DNA from: an uncultured Dehalococcoidales bacterium
GTDB lineage: Bacteria > Chloroflexota > Dehalococcoidia > GIF9 > UBA5629
Length of the DNA: 54,548 nucleotides
Assembly (NCBI GenBank): GCA_964413085.1
Contig: CAYPRI010000002.1
Location: 7,373-61,920, forward strand
Direction of reading: 5' to 3'
Shown in pieces: positions 27,387-36,817 of the stretch (positions are counted from its first letter, which is position 1; each line of letters opens with the position of its first letter). The notes beneath the pieces are model-generated. The model saw only the letters and a program-made list of their open reading frames with translations, made no database searches and was not told the DNA's origin. A program made the translations under genes and the position numbers.

Positions 27387-27716
27387 ATTTCAATAATAAA
27401 GTTGGAGCCGGGCGTAAGCCAGGTTATCAAATCTTTACTTGCCGATACAGATATTCAAAGACCTATCCGCATTGAACTCAATTTTAGCGGATGTTGCGAT
27501 TCTGCTCTGTGCCTGCGTATTGACGCCGTCTCCAACAGTGACTTGAGCCTCGAATCTGACGGCCTTATTTTCGTCATTGACCCTGCCACTTATCGGCTCG
27601 TGGGTGAAGTGACCATTTCCTATGTTGACAGACCAAGCAGAAAAGGATTTGTGCTGAAATCCAGCAAGCCGATAGGTGAGTGGGACGGATTCGGTGCTAG
27701 CAGCATTAAATTTTAG
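27387..27716 (+). CDS. IscA/HesB-fold-like protein lacking the C-terminal Cys pair; start codon uncertain (ATT 27387 or TTG 27402)
   Basis: (M)SIIKLEPGVSQVIKSLL...IRIELNFSGCCDSALCLRID...DGLIFVIDPATYRLV parallels the IscA layout (MSITLSD...LRLGV.TSGCSG...). It ends EWDGFGASS instead of CGCG. SD AAGGGG sits 7 nt before the ATT, and there is no in-frame ATG or GTG. Confidence 0.45.
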   Translation: MSIIKLEPGVSQVIKSLLADTDIQRPIRIELNFSGCCDSALCLRIDAVSNSDLSLESDGLIFVIDPATYRLVGEVTISYVDRPSRKGFVLKSSKPIGEWDGFGASSIKF

Positions 27717-27766
27717 CTTACTAGCAAATATTAACACTAATAATTTAAATTAGGAGGAGGATTCAA

Positions 27767-30427
27767 ATGGAGCAGTATAAACTATTTATCGATGGCGAAT
27801 TTGTGGACGCAGCCAGCGGAAATACCTTCGAGACGATTGACCCGGGCACCGAAGCACCCATTGCGACAGTGGCACAGGCTGGAAAGTCTGACGCGGAGAA
27901 CGCTATTGCCGCAGCACGTAAGGCATTCGACAAAGGAGAATGGAGCGGACTTACCCCGGCAGCTCGTATGGCCAAAATCCAGGACTTTGCCGACCAGATT
28001 GCACAGCAAGGTCTGCGCCTGGCTACAACCGAATCCATGAACACAGGTCAGGTAATTTCACTGGCTAAATTCATGCCTTTAGTCAGTATTACTTTTCTAC
28101 GTAATCTAAGCCTGGCAGCGGCCACAAAATTTCCGTGGGAGGAAGAAATTCCTGTATCAGGCAATGCTTTTGCACCGGCCCGCGAATATATCCGCAGGGA
28201 GCCGATTGGAGTATGCGTTGGCATTGCCCCCTGGAACTATCCAATGTACATTGCAATCTGGAAAATTACACCTGCCCTGTGCATGGGAAATACCATAGTT
28301 CTAAAACCAGCTTCTTACACTCCTCTAACCGCGATTATAATGGCAGAAGCTGCCAAGGCGGCCGGCATACCTGATGGCGTGTTCAATGTAATCGCCGGCC
28401 CAGGTGGAGAGCTCGGCGAGATTCTCTGCACCCATCCAGACGTGGATAAGATAGCCTTCACTGGCAGCACAGAAGTCGGTCGCCAAATCATGAGTCTGGC
28501 GTCAGGTACCGTTAAAAAGGTCACGCTCGAGTTGGGCGGCAAGTCAGCTAATATCATACTTGACAATGCCGACATGGACCTGGCAGTAGATGGCGCTACC
28601 TTCGGCAATTTCTTCCATCAGGGACAGGTTTGTTCGTCGGGTTCACGTGTACTGGTCTCATCAAAGATTTATGATGAATTTCTGGAAAAGATGAAAAAAC
28701 GGGCGGAATCTCTCCGCGTCGGATATCAGCTGGACCCGATATCTCATATGGGTCCACTTATCAGCAAACAGCAATTAGCCACGGTTGAAAACTACGTGAA
28801 GATAGGGAAAGATGAGGGCGCGGAGCTAATCACGGGTGGCAAACGTGTAGAAGCGACAGGTATAAAGGGAGGATATTACTACGCTCCAACCATCTTTGCC
28901 AACGTCAATAACAAGATGCGCATCGCCCAGGAGGAGATCTTCGGTCCTGTTGCATCCATCATTAAATTCGACAGTGATGAAGAAGCCGTGGAAATAGCCA
29001 ATGATTCCATTTATGGCCTGGCGGGCGGAGTTTTTTCAACCAACACGGCCAGAGCTGAACGTATAGCCCACCAAGTCCGTACCGGAACAATGTATATTAA
29101 TAATTACCACATCTTTTCCGATTACTGTCCCTTCGGCGGCTATAAGCAATCCGGATTGGGCCGCGAATTCGGTCTGGAAAGCCTGCACGAATACACACAA
29201 GTCAAGCGGATACATGTTAACTCTATGGCAGACGCCAAAACCAATATGAACTTCCAGCTTTTATCGGACTACAAGAAAGTAGACGGTTTTGGATACAACT
29301 GCCCGACTGGTGTAGTTGCCGGCCATGGGGCGCTGGCTTCAATCAGCAAGGCGGTTGTCGACCTCGGCTGCCGCAGGGCTTTGATTCTTACCGACCCTGG
29401 CGTTAAAAAAGCGGGGCTCGCCGAACTGGTCAAAAACGCACTTGCCGATTTCTATGTCGGCATGTACGATAATATTCCGTCGGACCCCGACCTGGAAACA
29501 GTGGATGCGGCCACTGCTGTAGCCAGCGAGCTGAAAGCAGACTGCATCGTCAGTGTCGGCGGCGGCAGCGTAATGGATACCGCTAAAGGCGCTTGCGTAA
29601 CCTTGAAGAGCGGCGGCAAGGCCAATGACCATCTGAACTTTCTGGTGCTCACAGAACCTCAGACCCCTCACATAGCAGTTCCAACAACCGCGGGAACGGG
29701 CAGCGAGGTAACAAATGTGGCGGTGCTGACCAGCAAGAGTGCGGGACGCAAACTCTTCATTGTCGACCGGCGAATAATGCCCGATGTGGCTATTCTCGAC
29801 CCGCGTTTCACCATGTCCCTGCCCAAAGAAATGACGGTTAGTACGGCTATGGACGCCATGACACATGCCATTGAAGCCATGACCAGTACCATGGCTAATC
29901 CCATCTGTGACGGCATGGCCCTGCAGGCCATTCGTTTAATTAATGAGAACCTGCCCCTGGTAGTGGCCGATGGCAAGAATGAGAAGGCACGGCTCAATAT
30001 GCAGATAGCGGCCACCATGGCGGGCTGGGCATTTACCATTGCGCAGGTCGGTCTGGCTCACGGCATGGCTCATACCCTGGGAGCTTTACATCACGTGCCG
30101 CACGGGGTAGCCTGTGGCATCGTGCTTCCCAAGGTTATGAGGTACAACGTCGACCACTCTGCCGACAAGCTGGCTAATGTAGCACAAGCCCTGGGAGTTA
30201 ACACCAGCGGTATGACGCAGCATGATGCCGCCCTGGCGGCTGCTGATGCTGTGGAAGCCCTAATGAAAAAAGTGGGACATCCGATGCAACTTCGTGAAGT
30301 GGGGGTACCTGAAGAGAACCTTCCCATATGCGCTTTTCACGCCATCGCCGATACCGCAGTACTTTTTAATGGGCGCCCCGTAAATGACCCGAACGAAGTA
30401 CTTCAGCTTTATACGCAGGTTTATTAA
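27767..30427 (+). CDS. fusion protein: NAD(P)-dependent non-acylating-type aldehyde dehydrogenase (N-terminal) and iron-containing (type III) alcohol dehydrogenase (C-terminal)
   Basis: 886 aa. The ALDH half has FIDGEFV, WNYP, ELGGKSA and the catalytic GQVCSSGSR. The linker is near aa 490-510 (about nt 29240-29300). The Fe-ADH half has GGGSVMDTAKG and His-rich metal ligands (HAIEAMTS, HGMAHTLGALHHVPHG). Strong SD AGGAGGAGG. Confidence 0.85.
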   Translation: MEQYKLFIDGEFVDAASGNTFETIDPGTEAPIATVAQAGKSDAENAIAAARKAFDKGEWSGLTPAARMAKIQDFADQIAQQGLRLATTESMNTGQVISLAKFMPLVSITFLRNLSLAAATKFPWEEEIPVSGNAFAPAREYIRREPIGVCVGIAPWNYPMYIAIWKITPALCMGNTIVLKPASYTPLTAIIMAEAAKAAGIPDGVFNVIAGPGGELGEILCTHPDVDKIAFTGSTEVGRQIMSLASGTVKKVTLELGGKSANIILDNADMDLAVDGATFGNFFHQGQVCSSGSRVLVSSKIYDEFLEKMKKRAESLRVGYQLDPISHMGPLISKQQLATVENYVKIGKDEGAELITGGKRVEATGIKGGYYYAPTIFANVNNKMRIAQEEIFGPVASIIKFDSDEEAVEIANDSIYGLAGGVFSTNTARAERIAHQVRTGTMYINNYHIFSDYCPFGGYKQSGLGREFGLESLHEYTQVKRIHVNSMADAKTNMNFQLLSDYKKVDGFGYNCPTGVVAGHGALASISKAVVDLGCRRALILTDPGVKKAGLAELVKNALADFYVGMYDNIPSDPDLETVDAATAVASELKADCIVSVGGGSVMDTAKGACVTLKSGGKANDHLNFLVLTEPQTPHIAVPTTAGTGSEVTNVAVLTSKSAGRKLFIVDRRIMPDVAILDPRFTMSLPKEMTVSTAMDAMTHAIEAMTSTMANPICDGMALQAIRLINENLPLVVADGKNEKARLNMQIAATMAGWAFTIAQVGLAHGMAHTLGALHHVPHGVACGIVLPKVMRYNVDHSADKLANVAQALGVNTSGMTQHDAALAAADAVEALMKKVGHPMQLREVGVPEENLPICAFHAIADTAVLFNGRPVNDPNEVLQLYTQVY

Positions 30428-30481
30428 AAGAAAATAGGTACTGTTAGAAAAAATGTAATCGCGTGCGGAATTAGTGAGCCA

Positions 30482-31060
30482 TCAGGGCTTTATTGGCGCT
30501 ACTTTGATCTGGAAATTTTTTATAATCATAAGCAATATCAGAATCAAGGGATAAAAGACCAAGATAAGCGGTCCCGTGTGGAGGATATATTGTGCAATTA
30601 AGATGCCGGTAATGACAGCAATCAATATTACCGTGCCTAAACCCGATTTTTTAGTGGTAAAATAGATTATCCCGCCCACCGCTACAGCGATTAAAGTCTG
30701 CCACCACGCCACCGCGACCAGAACTCCGTACGTTGTGGTAGCACCTAGGCCACCCCTGAACTTCAGGAAAAGCGGCCAGTTGTGGCCGGCTACTGCCATA
30801 AAGCCGGCAGCTAGTATAATAGGCAAGGAATCGGTGAGCAGCCCAGCAAACACGACTGCCAGCACACCCATGCCCACATCCAGGACCACAACAAGTAAAA
30901 AGGGGAGGACACCAAGTTTTCTGTGAACTACCGAAGCGCTTATCCTTCCGTCTGGTTCCGACCTGATATCTATTTTCCCAATAAGACGGGCGACGAGAAA
31001 GGCGGATGGAAAAGAACCTAATAGATAACCAAGGACAACCGCAGCAATATTAGCTACCAA
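30482..31060 (-). CDS. plsY: glycerol-3-phosphate acyltransferase PlsY
   Basis: GSFPSAFLVARL and HNWPLFLKFRGGLGATT motifs. The TTG start at 31060 has SD AAGGAAG 6 nt upstream. It overlaps the degV stop by 11 nt. Confidence 0.85.
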   Translation of the reverse strand: MVANIAAVVLGYLLGSFPSAFLVARLIGKIDIRSEPDGRISASVVHRKLGVLPFLLVVVLDVGMGVLAVVFAGLLTDSLPIILAAGFMAVAGHNWPLFLKFRGGLGATTTYGVLVAVAWWQTLIAVAVGGIIYFTTKKSGLGTVILIAVITGILIAQYILHTGPLILVFYPLILILLMIIKNFQIKVAPIKP

Positions 31061-31922
31061 GTTTGTCTTCCTTGTAGTATGCGAGTGCCAGGGTGCCAGG
31101 ACCGGTAGCATAACCCATCATCGGGCTGAAGTCGGTAATGAAAATCTCTACGCAATTAAAATTGGCCACTACCATCTCTTTAAGCTTTTCAGCTTCTTCC
31201 AGTGCTTCAGCGTGCATCACTGCTACGTGCGCGGGCTCTGTCTTGCTGACGTCGATACTCATCATCTGAAGCATCTTTTTCATGCCGTTCTGTTTATTTC
31301 TGGCAGCGCCAGCTAAACGGATGCTTCCATTGACTCCCGTTAGCACAGGTCTAATAGAGAGCATGGAACCCAGGTCAGAGGCAACTTTCGGAATTCTACC
31401 TGTCCTGTAAACAAAACGGATGGTCTCCAGAAGCCCGATAAATTTTACTCGCTCCCTGATGCCGTTGGCAATAGCAACTACATCCTTGAACGATATACCC
31501 CTAGCAGCAGCCCTGGCAGCCGCTAGAACAATCAGTCCTTCGGCAGCCGCTACAGTCCGGCTATCCATGACTTCGACTGCCGTTTGAGGCGATTCGTCTT
31601 TGAATACGTCCCTGGCCGCAAGCGCGCTGGAGTAAAACATGCTCAGCTTCGAAGATATGGTCACGACGAGTATATTCCGAACTGACCTAGCCAGTTCCCT
31701 GTAGGCTTCAATATAATCCTCCGGCGAAGGTGCCGACGTTTTCCAGAATTCAGGAGCTTTTTCCAGCAGCTCGTACGCCTTCTCCGAGCTCAGTTCTATT
31801 AAATCGCGATAAACGTGTTCGTTAAAAAATACGTTAGCCGGAACGATTTTAATTTGATAACGTTCCCGCTGATCCGCTGGAATGCACGAGATGCTGTCAG
31901 CAATGATAGCCGTGTCCATCAA
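31050..31922 (-). CDS. DegV-family fatty-acid-binding protein
   Basis: 290 aa. The N-terminus is typical of DegV (AIIADSISCIP). Length and layout fit DegV. It sits directly upstream of plsY. Confidence 0.8.
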   Translation of the reverse strand: MMDTAIIADSISCIPADQRERYQIKIVPANVFFNEHVYRDLIELSSEKAYELLEKAPEFWKTSAPSPEDYIEAYRELARSVRNILVVTISSKLSMFYSSALAARDVFKDESPQTAVEVMDSRTVAAAEGLIVLAAARAAARGISFKDVVAIANGIRERVKFIGLLETIRFVYRTGRIPKVASDLGSMLSIRPVLTGVNGSIRLAGAARNKQNGMKKMLQMMSIDVSKTEPAHVAVMHAEALEEAEKLKEMVVANFNCVEIFITDFSPMMGYATGPGTLALAYYKEDKLGS

Positions 31923-32151
31923 TATGTCTCCACCAGTAAATCGGAGGGGTACATCGGATAACTAGGTTATCCTAACACGCGATGGAATCAGTGTCAATCA
32001 TATTTAGCTTAGCACATCATTCAGGCCGCACATTAACAGTGTTTGTTAAAAAGCCCATAAAGTCCACCTGGCAAAGGTGCTATTTTTACCAGAAAATCAG
32101 CTTCGTTCGTATTTGCTACAGATACGAATTTAAAGTAAAATTCATCTGTTA

Positions 32152-34455
32152 ATGGCTAAAGTTGAAACCACAGAATTAGCCCGGATCAGCGTTCGGGGAG
32201 TCGTCCAGGGAGTAGGCTTCAGACCTTTCGTCTTCCAGTTAGCTACCAGACATGGCCTTAAAGGCTGGGTTTGTAATACCTCCGAAGACGTGAAGATAGA
32301 AGTACAGGGTGACAGCCATAACCTGGAACGCTTTGTATCCGAACTTCAGCAAAAAGCACCACCGCTGGCCCGCATTGAGAACATCGCTGTTACTTATCAC
32401 CCGCCAGTGGACTACACCAGCTTTGAGATCCGCCACAGCATAGCCGAAGAGGGTAAATACCAGTTGGTATCTCCGGATATCGCCACCTGTCAGCCGTGCC
32501 AAAGCGAAGTTTTCAATCCTAAAGACAGACGCTATCGCTATCCATTTACCAACTGCACCAATTGTGGCCCGCGGTTCACCATAATAGAGGATATACCTTA
32601 TGACCGCCCCAAGACGACGATGCGCTCTTTTACCATGTGTCCTGTTTGCCAGGCAGAATATGACAATCCGATGGATCGCCGCTTTCACGCCCAGCCTAAC
32701 GCCTGCCCCAAATGCGGTCCCAGGCTGGAATTGCTCGACGCCAGGGGAAATCATGTTGAAACCACAGACGCCGTTGCTTCTGCCAGCCGGCTTTTCGAAG
32801 AGGGGAAAATAATCGCCGTCAAAGGACTTGGCGGATTCCTTCTGGCCTGCGACGCCGCCAGTGATAAGGCTGTACAGCTCCTGCGCCGCAGGAAAAGGCG
32901 TCCTTTCAAGCCGCTAGCTGTAATGGTAGCTGATTTAAATGAAGCCAAGAAATATTGTCGGGTGTCCGAGGCAGAGGAAAAACTTCTGACATCGCCGCAA
33001 AGTCCTATCGTGTTGATGCCCTGGAAGCCCGAGTCCGGGCTATGCCGCTCCGTGGCTCCCAATTTGAAATACCTCGGCCTAATGCTGCCTTACACGCCCA
33101 TGCACCACCTGCTGCTCAGGGAGTCGAAATTGCCCCTAGTGATGACCAGTGGCAACATCAGCGAAGAGCCCATCTGCAAGGACAACAATGAAGCCGTGCT
33201 TCGTCTCTCTGGAATCGCCGACTATTTTCTGGTCCATAATCGCGATATATACGCCAGATATGATGACAGCGTAACCATCGTTGAGAGAGGTGAAGTCCAA
33301 CTGACCCGCAGGGCACGGGGCTACGCTCCTTTCCCAATCCACCTTCCATTTCAAGCCAAACAGGCACTCGGTTACGGCGCCGAAGAAAAGAACACCTTTT
33401 GTTTGACCAGGGACAATTACGCTTTCGTCAGCCAGCACATTGGGAACATGGAAAATATGGAAACCATGGAGCACTTCGAAAACACGCTGGCTCTATATAA
33501 AAAGCTGTTCCGTATCGAACCTGAAATCATTGGCTACGACCTGCATCCCGAGTACCTTTCCACCAAATTCGCCCTCGAGCTGGGTGGTCAATTTAGCAAT
33601 CTTAAACTTGTTCCCGTGCAGCACCATCATGCTCATATCGTCAGCTGCATGGCTGATAATAAAATCGATTCTCCGGTTATCGGTGTAGCTCTGGACGGGA
33701 CCGGCTATGGCAGCGATGGTCGAATCTGGGGCGGCGAATTTATGGTGGCTGACTATAAGAATTTCCAGAGGCTGGGACATTTAGAGTATTTGCCACTGCC
33801 CGGTGGAGCCGCCGCTATAAAAAGGCCGTACCGGACTGCCATCGGGTATCTGATCAAATTGCTGGGCGAAAATTCACTCAGTTCTAGAATGGCATTCTTG
33901 AAACAGGTCGACGCAGTTGAAATCGACCTCATAAAAAGGCAACTCCAGACCGGTCTCAACTCGCCGGTGAACTCCAGCATGGGGCGTCTGTTCGATGCCG
34001 TTTCAGCTCTGACAGGCATCAGAGGCGAAATAGATTACGAAGGCCAGGCAGCTGTTGAGCTTGAGATGACAGCCTACGAAAGCACGGATGAAGTTGGAGA
34101 TAAGGCCTATCCGTATTCTATAATGCAAAGTAACGGCGAAAAAATAATTCAGCTCAAAGAGCTGCTCTCAGCCATGGTCGAAGACTTATACAAAGGCGCA
34201 TCTAAATCGTTGATAGCAGCCAAGTTTCACAACACGGCAGCCCACATGATATTTGACATGTGTCGGTTGATAGCCAAGGAGACGAGCATCAGTCAGGTGG
34301 CTTTGAGCGGAGGCGTTTTTCAGAACCGATTGTTGTTTCGCAAAGTGATACCGCTACTAGAATCTGCCGGCTTTTCAGTGCTTGTCCATCGACAGGTGCC
34401 GTGCAATGATGGCGGCATTTCCCTGGGCCAGGCTGTCATCGCTAATTTCAGTTGA
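32152..34455 (+). CDS. hypF: [NiFe]-hydrogenase maturation carbamoyltransferase HypF
   Basis: 767 aa. Acylphosphatase domain (VRGVVQGVGFRPF), two CxxC...CxxC zinc fingers (CQPC..CTNCGPRF; CPVC..CPKCGPR), a YrdC-like domain and a Kae1-like domain. Confidence 0.95.
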   Translation: MAKVETTELARISVRGVVQGVGFRPFVFQLATRHGLKGWVCNTSEDVKIEVQGDSHNLERFVSELQQKAPPLARIENIAVTYHPPVDYTSFEIRHSIAEEGKYQLVSPDIATCQPCQSEVFNPKDRRYRYPFTNCTNCGPRFTIIEDIPYDRPKTTMRSFTMCPVCQAEYDNPMDRRFHAQPNACPKCGPRLELLDARGNHVETTDAVASASRLFEEGKIIAVKGLGGFLLACDAASDKAVQLLRRRKRRPFKPLAVMVADLNEAKKYCRVSEAEEKLLTSPQSPIVLMPWKPESGLCRSVAPNLKYLGLMLPYTPMHHLLLRESKLPLVMTSGNISEEPICKDNNEAVLRLSGIADYFLVHNRDIYARYDDSVTIVERGEVQLTRRARGYAPFPIHLPFQAKQALGYGAEEKNTFCLTRDNYAFVSQHIGNMENMETMEHFENTLALYKKLFRIEPEIIGYDLHPEYLSTKFALELGGQFSNLKLVPVQHHHAHIVSCMADNKIDSPVIGVALDGTGYGSDGRIWGGEFMVADYKNFQRLGHLEYLPLPGGAAAIKRPYRTAIGYLIKLLGENSLSSRMAFLKQVDAVEIDLIKRQLQTGLNSPVNSSMGRLFDAVSALTGIRGEIDYEGQAAVELEMTAYESTDEVGDKAYPYSIMQSNGEKIIQLKELLSAMVEDLYKGASKSLIAAKFHNTAAHMIFDMCRLIAKETSISQVALSGGVFQNRLLFRKVIPLLESAGFSVLVHRQVPCNDGGISLGQAVIANFS

Positions 34456-34465
34456 GAGGAAGAAT

Positions 34466-34684
34466 ATGTGTCTAGCTGTCCCGGTTAAGGTTGTAGCCAT
34501 AGAAGGTAACGAGGCCGATGTGGAAATCGGCGGCGTAAGACGTCGCGTCAGTATAGTGCTGACGCCGGAAGCTAAAGTTGGCGACTACGTCCTGCTCCAC
34601 ACCGGTTATGCCATAAACGTCATCAACGAAGCTGAGGCGCAAGAGACCTTGAAGATTTTGGAAGAGATGGCCAGCTTAGAATGA
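34466..34684 (+). CDS. hypC: hydrogenase assembly chaperone HypC
   Basis: Canonical MCLAVPVKV N-terminus. 72 aa. SD GAGAGGAAG. ATGA overlap with hypD. Confidence 0.9.
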   Translation: MCLAVPVKVVAIEGNEADVEIGGVRRRVSIVLTPEAKVGDYVLLHTGYAINVINEAEAQETLKILEEMASLE

Positions 34685-35766
34685 AGTTTATTGACGAGTT
34701 TCGTGACGTCGAGCTGGCAGAAAAAGTAATAGCCAGAATTAAACTGCTTTCCACCAGGTCTGCCAGGTTAATGGAGTTCTGCGGCGGTCATACCGTTTCC
34801 ATCATGAGGAGCGGCCTCCGCCAGCTATTACCGCCCGGCGTAGAAATGCTGTCCGGCCCCGGCTGTCCGGTATGCGTCACCTCCAATGCCGACATCGACA
34901 AAGCCATCGCACTGGCCGTCCTGCCCGATGTTATCATCACCACCTTCGGCGATATGATGAAAGTGCCCGGCAGCTATTCCAGCCTGCAGCAAGCCAGGGC
35001 TAATGAAGCTGATATACGCATCGTTTATTCCACTCTTGACGCGCTGCAAATAGCCAAAAGCAATCCCACGAAGTCGGTAATATTTATCGGGATCGGCTTC
35101 GAGACCACGGCGCCGACCATCGCCGCTTCTATACTTCAGGCTGAAAACGAAGGCATCAAAAACTACTATGTTCTTTGTTTATCTAAATTGTGCCCACCGA
35201 TAATGAAAACCCTGCTTGATCTGGGAGAAATCAAGCTCGATGGCATCATCTGCCCCGGGCACGTCAGCGTCATCATCGGCTCTCATCCTTACGAATTCAT
35301 ACCCCGCGATTACGGCGTCGCCTGCGTTATCTCCGGCTTCGAGCCGCTGGATATACTTCTCTCAGTGGAAATGCTGGTTAAGCAAATCGAAACCGACAAA
35401 CCAAAGGTGGAGATAGCCTATAGAAGGGGTGTCACTCCTCAGGGCAACAAGACGGCGTTAGCCCTGATGGATCAGGTTTTCGAAGTCGGTAGCGCCGATT
35501 GGCGTGGGATAGGGGTTGTACCAGCAAGCGGGTTGATAATAAGCAAGAAATTCGAGCGCTTCGACGCCGAGAAAGCCTTTTCCATAACTACCCCGCCTGC
35601 AAAGGAACCGAAGGGATGCATCTGCGGCGATATTCTTCGAGGCGTGAAAATCCCACTCGACTGCAAACTGTTCCGCAAGGCATGTACGCCGGAACACCCG
35701 GTTGGGCCCTGTATGGTTTCCTCAGAGGGTTCCTGCGCCGCCTATAATCAGTACGAGGCTGAATAA
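34681..35766 (+). CDS. hypD: hydrogenase maturation factor HypD
   Basis: 361 aa with EFCGGHT, GPGCPVCV and FETT motifs. Confidence 0.95.
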   Translation: MKFIDEFRDVELAEKVIARIKLLSTRSARLMEFCGGHTVSIMRSGLRQLLPPGVEMLSGPGCPVCVTSNADIDKAIALAVLPDVIITTFGDMMKVPGSYSSLQQARANEADIRIVYSTLDALQIAKSNPTKSVIFIGIGFETTAPTIAASILQAENEGIKNYYVLCLSKLCPPIMKTLLDLGEIKLDGIICPGHVSVIIGSHPYEFIPRDYGVACVISGFEPLDILLSVEMLVKQIETDKPKVEIAYRRGVTPQGNKTALALMDQVFEVGSADWRGIGVVPASGLIISKKFERFDAEKAFSITTPPAKEPKGCICGDILRGVKIPLDCKLFRKACTPEHPVGPCMVSSEGSCAAYNQYEAE

Positions 35767-36773
35767 TGGATGACGAAACTATCTTGCTGGCCCATGGCAG
35801 CGGCAGCCGTCTCAGCCATGACCTAATTGAAAAAAACTTCCTGCCATCGCTGACTAATCCGCTGTTAGCCAGGCTCGATGATTCAGCCGTTTTCGACCTT
35901 AGCGGCCGCCTCGCATTCACCACAGACAGCTATGTAGTTAGTCCTATTTTCTTCCCAGGTGGCGATATAGGCAAGCTGGCCGTCTGCGGCACAGTCAATG
36001 ATTTGTCCATGAGCGGCGCTGCACCGCTTTATTTGAGCCTGTCTTTCATAATAGAAGAAGGCCTCACCCTGGGTGAACTGAAAAAAGTGGTCGCTTCCGT
36101 AAAAGCTGCCGCTGAAGAAGCTGGTGTTAAGGTGGTCACCGGCGATACCAAGGTGGTGAACCGCGGCAGCGCCGACAAGCTGTTCATCAACACTGCAGGC
36201 ATCGGCGTTATACCGCCGGATGTCGACATATCCGGAGCCAATGCCAAGGCAGGCGACAAGATTATTCTAAGCGGCACCATCGGCGACCACGGCATTGCCG
36301 TGATGAGTCAGCGGGAAGGTCTTAAGTTCTCTGTGCCGGTACAAAGCGATTGCGCTCCGCTAAACAAACTGGTGTCGGACATGCTTCAAGCCTCCCGACA
36401 TATACATTGCCTGCGAGACCCGACCCGTGGCGGCCTGGCCACCACACTCAATGAATTCGCCAGACAATCAGGCATCGGCATCAGGATAGAAGAGGACAAG
36501 ATACCCATTCACGATGGTGTACGTGGCGCCTGCGAGCTTCTCGGATTCGACCCACTTTATGTCGCCAACGAAGGCAAGCTGGTAGCTGTAGTTCCGCCTG
36601 ATGATGCTCAGAAGATTCTGACTAAAATGAAGCGCAATAAATACGGCGCCGATTCCGCGGTCATCGGCGAGGTCACTGCCGACCACAAGGGCAGGGTAAT
36701 ACTGAAGACACGGCTCGGTGCCTCCCGCATACTGGACATGCTCAGCGGCGAGCTGCTGCCCCGCATTTGCTAG
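35766..36773 (+). CDS. hypE: hydrogenase maturation factor HypE
   Basis: 335 aa, AIR-synthase-like fold, C-terminal PRIC motif. The start overlaps the hypD stop (TAATG). Confidence 0.95.
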   Translation: MDDETILLAHGSGSRLSHDLIEKNFLPSLTNPLLARLDDSAVFDLSGRLAFTTDSYVVSPIFFPGGDIGKLAVCGTVNDLSMSGAAPLYLSLSFIIEEGLTLGELKKVVASVKAAAEEAGVKVVTGDTKVVNRGSADKLFINTAGIGVIPPDVDISGANAKAGDKIILSGTIGDHGIAVMSQREGLKFSVPVQSDCAPLNKLVSDMLQASRHIHCLRDPTRGGLATTLNEFARQSGIGIRIEEDKIPIHDGVRGACELLGFDPLYVANEGKLVAVVPPDDAQKILTKMKRNKYGADSAVIGEVTADHKGRVILKTRLGASRILDMLSGELLPRIC

Positions 36774-36817
36774 GCCCGGCAATTTCTCGCCCTGAAATTA
36801 AAACACGATTCTATTAG

